Origin: a virus
DNA length: 64,000 nt
Virus record (IMG/VR): IMGVR_UViG_3300035152_000011
Reading direction: 5' to 3' (one strand)
Positions 42,935 to 50,937 of the stretch are shown here, one piece after another. Position numbers and translations under genes: made by a program. The number at the start of each line of letters is the position of its first letter. Position 1 is the first letter of the stretch. The notes beneath the pieces are model-generated. The model was not told the DNA's origin. It searched no databases and saw nothing but the letters and a program-made list of their open reading frames with translations.

Positions 42935-44019
42935 GATCCGTCTCCATTCGTCGCTTTGTAGACGCGGGTCCAGGCCTCGTCGTCATCGGGGCCCCGCAGG
43001 TAGGGCTCGACGTGGATCAGCTTGCGCAGCTTGCGGCCGGGGCCGTAGGGCTGTTGCTTCCAGTGTCCGCTCACGAGCCGTTGCGACTTGAGTTTCCAGC
43101 CCTTGCGGGTACGCGGCGTGACCGCAGCTTCCTTTGCGGCCTCACGCAGTTCGCGGTCGAGCTTGACCGAGCGTCCGACGATCCACGTCGTCGGCCAATG
43201 GAGCTTCGGCCGGCTGCGCTTGCGCTTGCTGATCTTGTTCGTAGGCGTGCGCTTCGCGGTGCCGCCCGTGCTCTTGAGCCAGAGCGCGAAGCCGCAGCAG
43301 AAGTTGAGCAGTGCTTCCATCGCGAGCTGCGTTACGCCCGAGTCGCGAACCTCGCGGTACTCACCTTCCTCCGCGGCCGGTGACCAGCACTTGAGCTTGT
43401 CGGAGATGATCCCGCTAGCCAGGTCGTCAGCGCGCTTGTTGAGAGCTGCTACGGCGAGCGTACGGTCGCCCAGGAACGCCTCGATGTGTAGCCAGCGGTC
43501 TTCTGGATAGTCCGGGTCCGGGCCGTGGCCCTGCGAACGGTAGTGGTCGTGTACCAGGACGCGTACAGGGCGTTCACGGTAACCGTGCATATCGGGCAGC
43601 GGAATGTAGCCACACGGGATCTCCAGCATGAATGCCGGGAACGGCCACTCGATGTCGTCGTAGCCGACGGTGGCGTCGGTGAGCGCGAGCAACGCTGCGA
43701 GCGAGTCGGCGATCTGGAACGTCTGGCACCCGTAGTCGGCCCAACGCTCGTGCGCGTGGTAACGAACCGCGGCCTCACTCACCGCGACGTCCCAGCTGTC
43801 CAGCTCGGCGCCGTTTACGGCCGCGAGCAGTGGGCCACCCTGGAAGCGCTTGCCAGCACTGAGCACGACCTGGAGCTTCTTCTGGTCCTTGACGAGCTGG
43901 TGCAGCCACTCACGATGGCTGGCCGATGGTCGTGGCCCCATGCGCATCGCGCACGCAACGAACGCGAGCTTCTGTACGAAGCTCCGTCGATGCCAATCTG
44001 GAGGCAGGTCGCCTTTCAT
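42931..44019 (-). CDS. Hypothetical protein.
   Basis: 362 aa. Confidence 0.5.
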   Translation of the reverse strand: MKGDLPPDWHRRSFVQKLAFVACAMRMGPRPSASHREWLHQLVKDQKKLQVVLSAGKRFQGGPLLAAVNGAELDSWDVAVSEAAVRYHAHERWADYGCQTFQIADSLAALLALTDATVGYDDIEWPFPAFMLEIPCGYIPLPDMHGYRERPVRVLVHDHYRSQGHGPDPDYPEDRWLHIEAFLGDRTLAVAALNKRADDLASGIISDKLKCWSPAAEEGEYREVRDSGVTQLAMEALLNFCCGFALWLKSTGGTAKRTPTNKISKRKRSRPKLHWPTTWIVGRSVKLDRELREAAKEAAVTPRTRKGWKLKSQRLVSGHWKQQPYGPGRKLRKLIHVEPYLRGPDDDEAWTRVYKATNGDGS

Positions 44020-44023
44020 CGTC

Positions 44024-44281
44024 CTATGCTACCCTCGCTTGGACCGCGCCGTAGCACGGACACTCATCATCGGCTGGGTACAGCTCGCCGCAGGTGCGAC
44101 AGACGCGAACCTCGACATAGCCGAGCTGGCGTGTGCACGTCGGACACGCGTCGAGGCAGTTGAGAGTCTCGGTCGCCGGATCGAAGTGATCGAAGCCGCA
44201 GAACGCGCAGCCTTGCAGCTCTGCTCGGGTACGTTTCTGGTCGAGGACACTCTTGGGCATCGCAGTTGGCGCGGCCATCAT
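44024..44281 (-). CDS. Small zinc-ribbon protein.
   Basis: CAFCGF...CPTC...CRTCG...CPC; ATGA overlap with upstream stop. Confidence 0.4.
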   Translation of the reverse strand: MMAAPTAMPKSVLDQKRTRAELQGCAFCGFDHFDPATETLNCLDACPTCTRQLGYVEVRVCRTCGELYPADDECPCYGAVQARVA

Positions 44282-44610
44282 GCACCTCCCTTGCGGAACG
44301 CCTTCTCGATCTCGTCTTTGCTCCGGCGGTTGCGCAGACTCAACGTGTCGCTGGCACCGTCGCACAGATCCAGCTCGACGAGTGTCCAGTCGATCCCAGC
44401 GTCGCCCAGCGGGCACTCGATGTCGTCGCCGACGAGGAGTGTGTAGGCGGTGATGCGGTCGAGCGCACCTTGCAGCTCGCTGGCCTCAGCGTGCGGAAGG
44501 TTGTGCAGGTCGTAGGCCAGGGCTTGCAGGCGCCCCAGAATCGTACGGACTCGCGGCGAGTACTTTGGCGCCTTCGTGGCTCCGTCTCGGTCGGCTTTTC
44601 TCATCGGCAT
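44278..44610 (-). CDS. Hypothetical protein.
   Basis: Start at MPMRKADRDG after the hairpin+RBS (GAAGGAGGGCACA). Confidence 0.45.
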   Translation of the reverse strand: MPMRKADRDGATKAPKYSPRVRTILGRLQALAYDLHNLPHAEASELQGALDRITAYTLLVGDDIECPLGDAGIDWTLVELDLCDGASDTLSLRNRRSKDEIEKAFRKGGA

Positions 44611-44624
44611 TGTGCCCTCCTTCG

Positions 44625-44637
44625 GCCCCTCGGGGCC
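44625..44637 (-). promoter_or_regulatory. GC hairpin GGCCCCGAGGGGCC.
   Basis: Sense strand reads GGGCCCCGAGGGGCC-GAAGGAGG-GCACA-ATG. Confidence 0.55.
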
Positions 44638-44674
44638 CGGTTCACTTGTTTGACGCTCGGGGCCTTCGATCCAT

Positions 44675-44839
44675 TCAGAGCAGCTGGGACCGCAGATACT
44701 CGACCAGGTACTCCGCATAGCGCTTGACGAACGTGTGGCCCTCGAACACCAGGGTATCGCCCTTGGTGGCCTCCACGAGCTTGGCGAAGCGCTCCAGCTT
44801 CGCGCGGGTCCAGTCGATGGTCGGGATCTCTTGTCTCAT
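44675..44839 (-). CDS. Small hypothetical protein.
   Basis: Start at MRQEIPTIDW with RBS AGGAGCCACGA. Confidence 0.4.
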   Translation of the reverse strand: MRQEIPTIDWTRAKLERFAKLVEATKGDTLVFEGHTFVKRYAEYLVEYLRSQLL

Positions 44840-44955
44840 TCGTGGCTCCTGTCCTGGCCGCCGAGCTGGATGACCTGAGCGGCCGTGAGCGGCTCGTGGG
44901 TGCAATCCCCGCAGTTGTCCAGCGGCTCTACGGTGATAGATGCTGACACTTCGAT

Positions 44956-45414
44956 CTACAACTCCACGAAATCCCCGCACGCGGGGCAGAAAGGTTGTTC
45001 TTCTCCGGTGTCGGGATGTCGTCTCGTCACGTAGTTGCTGTGATCGCAGGTCGCGGGTCGCGCGGCGTAGCGCTCGACGGCGTTGACGAGATCGCGGAGC
45101 TGTCGAGCCTCCGGGGTAACCCCGACGGGCCAGCGCGTATGCAGCGTGACCATAATGGTCAGGTCGCGTGGTTCGGTCATGACGACGTAGGGCTGGTCAG
45201 CGTGGTTGCGCACCGGGATGCACAGCCAGTCGGTGTGCAGCTGCAACGCGCGGTTGACGTCGAGCCAGAGCACGCCGTCGTCGGCCTGGTCGGGCGTGTC
45301 GCCGCTGTCATCGACGAGGGCATAGCGGCCGTCGTCGGCGCGGAAGACACGATGCCCGCTCGCGAGCTTCTTGATCTTGGTCCACTTCGTCATGCCTGCT
45401 TGTTTGCTACGCAT
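44956..45414 (-). CDS. Hypothetical protein.
   Basis: 152 aa; C-terminal CDH...CPACG. Confidence 0.45.
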   Translation of the reverse strand: MRSKQAGMTKWTKIKKLASGHRVFRADDGRYALVDDSGDTPDQADDGVLWLDVNRALQLHTDWLCIPVRNHADQPYVVMTEPRDLTIMVTLHTRWPVGVTPEARQLRDLVNAVERYAARPATCDHSNYVTRRHPDTGEEQPFCPACGDFVEL

Positions 45415-45673
45415 CGTTTTGCTCCTTCGCTTCGAGCAGCTCCATGCAGTCTTCGCACCATTCGCACGCCGGCAAGTGGTAACGAGCGACCGCTAATGTC
45501 TCGTGGTTGCAGATCGTGCCGTGCGTATGGCACACGGTTACCCACCGGCCGCCCTCGGGGTCGAAGCCAGCCGGCTCGGCCTCGTAGAGCCCGACCTCCG
45601 AGCCAGTAAGCCTTGAGCGGCTTTCCTGGATGCAGCCGGGGGACGGCGCGGTGTGTTTGGTGTAGCGGGGCAT
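45407..45673 (-). CDS. Small Cys-rich protein.
   Basis: MPRYTKH...CHTHGTIC...CEWCEDC. Confidence 0.4.
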   Translation of the reverse strand: MPRYTKHTAPSPGCIQESRSRLTGSEVGLYEAEPAGFDPEGGRWVTVCHTHGTICNHETLAVARYHLPACEWCEDCMELLEAKEQNDA

Positions 45674-45993
45674 CACTGTGGCTCCTCGTCCCCTCGGGGA
45701 CCGTCGGGCGGCACTTCGCCGCTTGCACTACTGGAACGTTCGGACGGCGCTGAACATTCACAGTTGATCCTGTCCGCGATCACCATTCCAAGCCCAGTGG
45801 CCCACCAGAGCCCGTCGCCCGCGGAGTCCACGAGCGCACGCATCTGGAGATGCACAGCCGCAGCAGCGAAGCTGCGGTCAAGCGCCACACCCCGCTTGCG
45901 GTTCTCGATGCCGAGGTAAAGCAGGCAGCGAGTCATGGTCGGCGTGAGTCGGCGACTCTTGGCGGTGGGTGTGAGGTGCGGTTTCATGGTCAT
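45673..45993 (-). CDS. Hypothetical protein (3' end runs into the regulatory module).
   Basis: High GC3 over the first ~75 codons; the C-terminal tail is encoded by operator/hairpin sequence. Confidence 0.35.
   Translation of the reverse strand: MTMKPHLTPTAKSRRLTPTMTRCLLYLGIENRKRGVALDRSFAAAAVHLQMRALVDSAGDGLWWATGLGMVIADRINCECSAPSERSSSASGEVPPDGPRGDEEPQ
45688..45701 (-). promoter_or_regulatory. GC hairpin variant GGTCCCCGAGGGGAC.
   Basis: Sense strand reads GGTCCCCGAGGGGAC-GAGGAG-CCACAGTG-ATG. Confidence 0.55.
45755..45772. promoter_or_regulatory. Degenerate operator-family site TGATCCTGTCCGCGATCA.
   Basis: Outer arms TGATC/GATCA are conserved; followed in sense by the GAATGTTCAG...CGTCCGAACG promoter-like boxes. 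Confidence 0.35.
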
Positions 45994-46038
45994 TACCTAG
46001 ACGGCGAGCTGGTTTGATCTAACGCCCCTTTCAGAAGG

Positions 46039-46311
46039 TCAACGCTCAGCTCCATCGGGATCTGAGAGTCGAGGATCACTTTCGTCATCTGGCCACGGAA
46101 TCTCGACGACGCAGAGCCGCTGCTCAGCGGCAGCCCAGTCTTCCTCGACGAGAATCCAGCGGCCGTCCTCGTAGCGGCTGTAGGCACGCTTCACGCAGTC
46201 GAAGGCTTCGGCCGGCGTAGTGCCGATTGCAAGCGTGCCGTCCGGCCAGTCCCGCCAGACGACCCACTTGCCGACCCAATCGAGCACGATATAGCGCGTG
46301 CGCATCTTCAT
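46039..46311 (-). CDS. Small hypothetical protein.
   Basis: Start at MKMRTRYIVLDW; ATGA overlap with upstream stop. Confidence 0.4.
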   Translation of the reverse strand: MKMRTRYIVLDWVGKWVVWRDWPDGTLAIGTTPAEAFDCVKRAYSRYEDGRWILVEEDWAAAEQRLCVVEIPWPDDESDPRLSDPDGAER

Positions 46312-47426
46312 GCGAGCTTCCCCAGCGCGGTGAACAAGTTGACGACCGCGGCTGCCTCTTTGTTGGCCTGCCGCTTCAGTTGACGGAGACGGTCGTAGAG
46401 TCGGTTCCCAGCCTGCGTCTCCCTCTCGTCGCAGAACCAGCACTCGCCTACCAGCTTGTTGAGCTGGTCGAGAATGACGAACGGCCCCTCGACGCGCGTG
46501 TAGTAGCCACGGCCGGCACGGCCGCGCTTCCCGTTGTCGTAGGCCTCGCGCAGCTCGGGGAAGCGCTGACGCCATTCACGGGCTGTGTCGTCAAGTCCGA
46601 GGGCAGCTTCGATGGGCGACGGGATCGTGAAGGTCACGCGGCCCGGCGTCTTCGGCTTGGCGCGAGTCTTCGGCGCCGATGCCTTGATGCGCGTCTCGGT
46701 CACGAGGTCGCCGAATACACCGTCGGCAACGGCCTGGTTGTAGCGCCGGCTCAGCTCGGCGTCGAGGCCGCCTTTCGTCGTGCGGCCCGAACGGCTCCGC
46801 TCGCGCACCGCGGCGCGGATACCGCCCATATACATCTCGCCTAGTAGCTCGGTGCTGGCCTCGAACAGGACGCCGTAGAAGCGCGACCCGTGCGGTTTGC
46901 GCTTGCTGCTTTCCCGGTCGTAGTTGAAATAGGTCTTGCGCTCGTAGCGCTCGAAGTGAGCGATGTGCGCCAGCTCGTGGACCAGCGTCTCGATGGCGCC
47001 ACCGACGTCGCTGCCGGCGGTCATCGTGATGCGGCCGCTGAGGTAGTGCGCGTGTCCCGGACTGAAGGAGCGCGTCTTCGAGTAGCGCAGCTCCAGCTTC
47101 GCGTGCTTGACCTCTTTGCGCCAGCACTTGAGGGCCTTGATCTTCGGGAACAGCAGTGTCAGCACGTTCGGCCACTCGCGCATCTTCGCAGCCTCGCGCT
47201 CCTGCTTCTTCTGCGTCCTGGTCTTCCGAGCTGCGGTCTTCGCAGCGCGCTTGCGCTCAAGTGCTGGAGCAACGCGCTCGACCAGCCGGCCGGCCGCTTC
47301 TGAGCAAGGCAGACAGTAGCGCACAATGGAATCCTTGGGCGGCCGGGGCGAGCCGAGCACGCCGGGGTGCTCGCCGTTCGGGCACTCCCACCGCACCCGC
47401 TTCGTCCTGTTCGTCTTCTTCGTCAT
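46308..47426 (-). CDS. SprT-like zinc metallopeptidase domain protein.
   Basis: TLVHELAHIAHFE (HExxH) followed by KPHGSRFYGVLFE, matching the SprT family third-ligand region; Cys pairs at the N-terminus. Confidence 0.55.
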   Translation of the reverse strand: MTKKTNRTKRVRWECPNGEHPGVLGSPRPPKDSIVRYCLPCSEAAGRLVERVAPALERKRAAKTAARKTRTQKKQEREAAKMREWPNVLTLLFPKIKALKCWRKEVKHAKLELRYSKTRSFSPGHAHYLSGRITMTAGSDVGGAIETLVHELAHIAHFERYERKTYFNYDRESSKRKPHGSRFYGVLFEASTELLGEMYMGGIRAAVRERSRSGRTTKGGLDAELSRRYNQAVADGVFGDLVTETRIKASAPKTRAKPKTPGRVTFTIPSPIEAALGLDDTAREWRQRFPELREAYDNGKRGRAGRGYYTRVEGPFVILDQLNKLVGECWFCDERETQAGNRLYDRLRQLKRQANKEAAAVVNLFTALGKLA

Positions 47427-47701
47427 CGGTTCGTCTCCTGGCTAGTGAGAGCTGAATTGCCCTCTACTAGAGAGACGGGGCATGCCTCGAAAAGAGGACG
47501 CAGCACGTTGAGGTACTCCCAGATGTACACGCCGAAGAATTCGGCGGCTTCGTGGTAGCCCATCTTGTTGATGCGCTTGTTGGGCGTCCAGCCAGCCTCG
47601 ATACGAGCCTGCCAGTAAGGCAAGCGCGCGCTCGGCTCCGGCGGTGGGCTCGTCCAGTACTCGGTGACGTCGGTGACGCGTGGTGGGGTTGGCGGTTTCA
47701 T
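47423..47701 (-). CDS. Hypothetical protein.
   Basis: 92 aa. Confidence 0.4.
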   Translation of the reverse strand: MKPPTPPRVTDVTEYWTSPPPEPSARLPYWQARIEAGWTPNKRINKMGYHEAAEFFGVYIWEYLNVLRPLFEACPVSLVEGNSALTSQETNR

Positions 47702-47707
47702 GGTCGG

Positions 47708-48175
47708 TTAACGATCCTCGGTCGTGTCGTCTGAGGGCTGCGCGATCTTCACTTCGGGCCACCAGGGAGCGAGCTTGCGAGCTGCGAGCTGCGCGGCGAG
47801 AGTCTTCACGACGTCGAGCGGCGCCCCGTGCGTGTTACGCGCGGCGCCGGTCAGCACGTTGCACTCGATGGTGACAATCAGCAGCTCGTAGCCGAAGGCC
47901 TGAGCGAGCGCTGCGTAGGGCGCTACCTCTTCCACCGTCGTGTTCGTGTTGTCCACGACGATAAGCGGGCGGCGCCTGGAAGTAAGGCACTCGGTGTAGT
48001 TGCGGAGGCACTCCTGGTGCGCGAGGCCGATCAGCTCGGGCTGGATCTTGCCATCGACGTAGAGCCCGACGAAGTGGTCGGCGCTGAAGACCGTGGCCTG
48101 CGGATAGTGCTCGCGGACGAAGTGGCTTTTGCCGCTGCCCGGGATGCCGCTGACGATGATGACGGTTCGCTTCAT
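47708..48175 (-). CDS. P-loop kinase, polynucleotide-kinase-like (AAA_33 family).
   Basis: Walker A IIVSGIPGSGKSHF and Walker-B-like LIVVDNTN as in PNK kinase domains. Confidence 0.55.
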   Translation of the reverse strand: MKRTVIIVSGIPGSGKSHFVREHYPQATVFSADHFVGLYVDGKIQPELIGLAHQECLRNYTECLTSRRRPLIVVDNTNTTVEEVAPYAALAQAFGYELLIVTIECNVLTGAARNTHGAPLDVVKTLAAQLAARKLAPWWPEVKIAQPSDDTTEDR

Positions 48176-48244
48176 TCGCTGACTCCTCGGAGTCCAGTGG
48201 GCGCTCCGTGCGCCTCCACTGCTAAGACGTATGTCGGGGTCGGA

Positions 48245-48937
48245 TTATTCACTGAGTCGGGCCGCGAATTCCCGCAGCTCCTCTTCGTGTGCGTGCAGCA
48301 ACTCGGCGTTCTGCGCTTCTCGCTCACGCCACCGGCACCGGGCCTCGTAGTCCTCGCGGTCGTACCGGCGACGCAGCGCGCAGTGGTTCGCCTCGAAGTG
48401 AGTGCTAGCACGGTCAACTTGGCCGTTCGAGAGCACGACCTCCCACTCATTCGCGCCCCAGAAGCCGTAGACGGGCCGAGGTCGGATTCCGACGACGCTG
48501 GGCACTACTTCCTTCTCGGGCTCGCGGAACGCGTCGTGAGCGCGCCTGAGCGCCTCTGAGGAGCGCTCCAGGTACCACTCGGCCAGGTCCGACAGACACC
48601 AGACGGTGACACCGTCGTGCCGACGGGTCTTCTCGATCCAGTCGCGGCCGGCCTTTTCCAGCCAGCGTGTGTGGGTCGCGGTCACGTCGCGCGCCTCGAT
48701 CACGCCACCCCGGTCAGCGATCTCACAGAACAGCCGGAACTGGTCGGAGCCGAGCGGCTTCGTCTGCGTGGCACCCTCGGCGTACATGACATCGAGCGCG
48801 TACTGCTCACGGTCCAGGCCGTCGAGCGTATTGAGGTAACGCTTCATGAGCTTCAGCTCGCGCAGGATCAGCGCGCGTCTGCTCTTGCCGGCCAGTTCGT
48901 GTTGCGTTCGATGCTTCATCTTCGTTGCTCCTACCAT
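48245..48937 (-). CDS. Hypothetical protein.
   Basis: 230 aa. Confidence 0.45.
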   Translation of the reverse strand: MVGATKMKHRTQHELAGKSRRALILRELKLMKRYLNTLDGLDREQYALDVMYAEGATQTKPLGSDQFRLFCEIADRGGVIEARDVTATHTRWLEKAGRDWIEKTRRHDGVTVWCLSDLAEWYLERSSEALRRAHDAFREPEKEVVPSVVGIRPRPVYGFWGANEWEVVLSNGQVDRASTHFEANHCALRRRYDREDYEARCRWREREAQNAELLHAHEEELREFAARLSE

Positions 48938-48966
48938 AGACGCGTGGAGGCGTGCAGCACTGACAG

Positions 48967-49230
48967 CTACCAGACCTCCCAGTAGTCGTGGGGGACACCC
49001 CCGCTGACGCCGCCGCGCTTGACGCCCTGGTCTTCGGTCGGCATCTGGTGCAGCGGCGTGTCGCTGTCCTTCGTACGCTCGGCGACGCGTTGCAACGCAG
49101 CGTGGGCTTGCTTGACCGTGACACCGTAACGCACAGCGATGTCGCGGGTGAAGCCGTCCTCGAACGTGCCGTCGAGGACAGCCTTCTCGATGCGCTCGGC
49201 GATACGAACAGCAGGTGTGCGGGCCACCAT
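48967..49230 (-). CDS. Small HTH-like protein.
   Basis: RDIAVRYGVTVKQAHAALQRV. Confidence 0.4.
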   Translation of the reverse strand: MVARTPAVRIAERIEKAVLDGTFEDGFTRDIAVRYGVTVKQAHAALQRVAERTKDSDTPLHQMPTEDQGVKRGGVSGGVPHDYWEVW

Positions 49231-49412
49231 TAGTGGTTCTCCGTCGTGGCTACGGGGATGCCCGCGATCTCTTCGGTCGTGCAGGGCTTGCTCGCACGCA
49301 GGTGAACGATGGGATAGCCCAGCTCTTGAGCGAGCTTGAGCAGGGCGGCCGACTTGTGAGCTACGCGCTCCTCGTCACCGGGGGCCAGGTACAGATCGTT
49401 GCGCTTGGTCAT
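49230..49412 (-). CDS. Small hypothetical protein.
   Basis: 60 aa. Confidence 0.35.
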   Translation of the reverse strand: MTKRNDLYLAPGDEERVAHKSAALLKLAQELGYPIVHLRASKPCTTEEIAGIPVATTENH

Positions 49413-50752
49413 GCTGCTTTCCTCTCTGCCGCCTTGGCGGCCTCGTCAGCGGCCTTGCAGGTCGCGTAGAGCTTGTCGAACGCCTTGGTGTGCTTCGCGC
49501 CCTTCTCGCGGTAGACGCGCGGAGCGACGACGATGGCGGCTTCTCGGGTCGGGTACAGGTCGCGGAACGCGACGAGCTGCGCGCTGCAACCACGCTCGAC
49601 GGTCACGCCGTGCTTCCGAGCGAGCTTGCGCAGTTCAGCTTCGCACGCGAAGCGCGAGCCGGCGAAGACCTCGCGGATGTCCCGCTTCTGGTTCGCGCCG
49701 AGTCCCTTCACGGTCTCGTGCGTCGGGCAGTCGCACTTGACCTTCTTGGTGCGCGGCTTGCGGTTCGCCTTGTGGTTCGGGCAGTCGTCGGTGTGAAGCT
49801 GGCCAGCACCGTTCGCGCGCCGCATCAAGTACACAGCCCACTCGTGCGAGCTGAGCCGTGCGTCCAGCGCGTCGAGCGCAGCCTGGTTGCCAGCCTCGGT
49901 GGCTGCCGCGAGTGCGGTGCCTTCCTTGTTGAACATCGGCAGCCGCGGGTTGAAGCGGAGGGCGATGTCTTCGATCTCCAGCGCCTCGCCAGCGGCCTCG
50001 GGCTCGTCGTCCCAGCGCTCGATGGCGTCGTGGCGGTGCTGGAAGGGACAGTACACGCAGCAACTCTTCTCCCATGCGGCGACGCCAGTCACGCTCGCGA
50101 TGTGCTCGATGCAGGCTTCGCGGTCGAGGCCCCAGTCGAACAGCGGATACTCGGCGTGGCGCTGGCCGATGCCGCCGAAGTTTTGATCCTTCACGAGGCG
50201 GCCCTCTTCGCCTACTGCGAAACCGATGCAGTGACGGTAGGGCTCGTTGCCGACTTCGGACTCGATCCAGCGGTCCAGGACCCAGCCCTTCCACTTCAAC
50301 GTGCAGGTGCGGTTGCAGGTCGGCTGCATCGTCACAGCGCTGCGCAGCTCGTCAGCGTAGCTCACCGGGCCGCGCTCGAACAGCTCAGCCGGCGAGGTCG
50401 AGTCATCGAGGACAACGATGCCGTCGCGCTCGCTGTGGCCGCCGCGGGCGATCTGGACGAAGCGGACGCCGTGCTCACGCAGCAGCGGCAGGACGTGCTC
50501 GCGCACGAGTTTGTAGGTGGAGGGGTACTCGTTGCCGACCATGCAGGTGACAACGGTGAGCTGAGAGAGGTCGAAGTCGCGGCTCGACGGGTCGGTCAGC
50601 CAGCGCAGCAGGATCTCGGTGCTGTCCACGCCCATCCCGTAGCTCAGGATGACGCGGGCGCCGCGGAGCTGCTCAGCTCGTGCGCTTCGGTCCGCGTGGT
50701 AGGCCTTGACCGCTGCTTCGATTTCCCGGCGCCGCTTCTCTGCCTTCGTCAT
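49409..50752 (-). CDS. PAPS reductase-like / PP-loop family protein (second copy).
   Basis: VILSYGMGVDSTEILL (SxGxDS) and C-terminal EKSCCVYCP. Start at MTKAEKRRRE after the hairpin+RBS (GGAGGAAACGCG). Confidence 0.55.
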   Translation of the reverse strand: MTKAEKRRREIEAAVKAYHADRSARAEQLRGARVILSYGMGVDSTEILLRWLTDPSSRDFDLSQLTVVTCMVGNEYPSTYKLVREHVLPLLREHGVRFVQIARGGHSERDGIVVLDDSTSPAELFERGPVSYADELRSAVTMQPTCNRTCTLKWKGWVLDRWIESEVGNEPYRHCIGFAVGEEGRLVKDQNFGGIGQRHAEYPLFDWGLDREACIEHIASVTGVAAWEKSCCVYCPFQHRHDAIERWDDEPEAAGEALEIEDIALRFNPRLPMFNKEGTALAAATEAGNQAALDALDARLSSHEWAVYLMRRANGAGQLHTDDCPNHKANRKPRTKKVKCDCPTHETVKGLGANQKRDIREVFAGSRFACEAELRKLARKHGVTVERGCSAQLVAFRDLYPTREAAIVVAPRVYREKGAKHTKAFDKLYATCKAADEAAKAAERKAA

Positions 50753-50764
50753 CGCGTTTCCTCC

Positions 50765-50778
50765 GACCCCTCGGGGTC
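50765..50778 (-). promoter_or_regulatory. GC hairpin variant GGACCCCGAGGGGTC.
   Basis: Sense strand reads ACGGACCCCGAGGGGTC-GGAGGAA-ACGCG-ATG. Confidence 0.55.
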
Positions 50779-50840
50779 CGTGAGTGCGCTTTTCGCGCTT
50801 CCATACGTCAGACGCAGGGCGGTTTCGGAAATTCACCCCT

Positions 50841-50858
50841 TGATCGCAGCTGCGATCA
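50841..50858. promoter_or_regulatory. Operator palindrome TGATCGCAGCTGCGATCA (perfect).
   Basis: About 60 bp upstream (sense) of the hairpin, followed by CTTTTTC on the plus strand. Confidence 0.55.
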
Positions 50859-50937
50859 CTTTTTCGGCGGTCGATTCCCGAAATCCGCAGGGTTAGCCCG
50901 ATCATGATCAGCTCGTGTCCCCCAGCCCCGATCTGGG

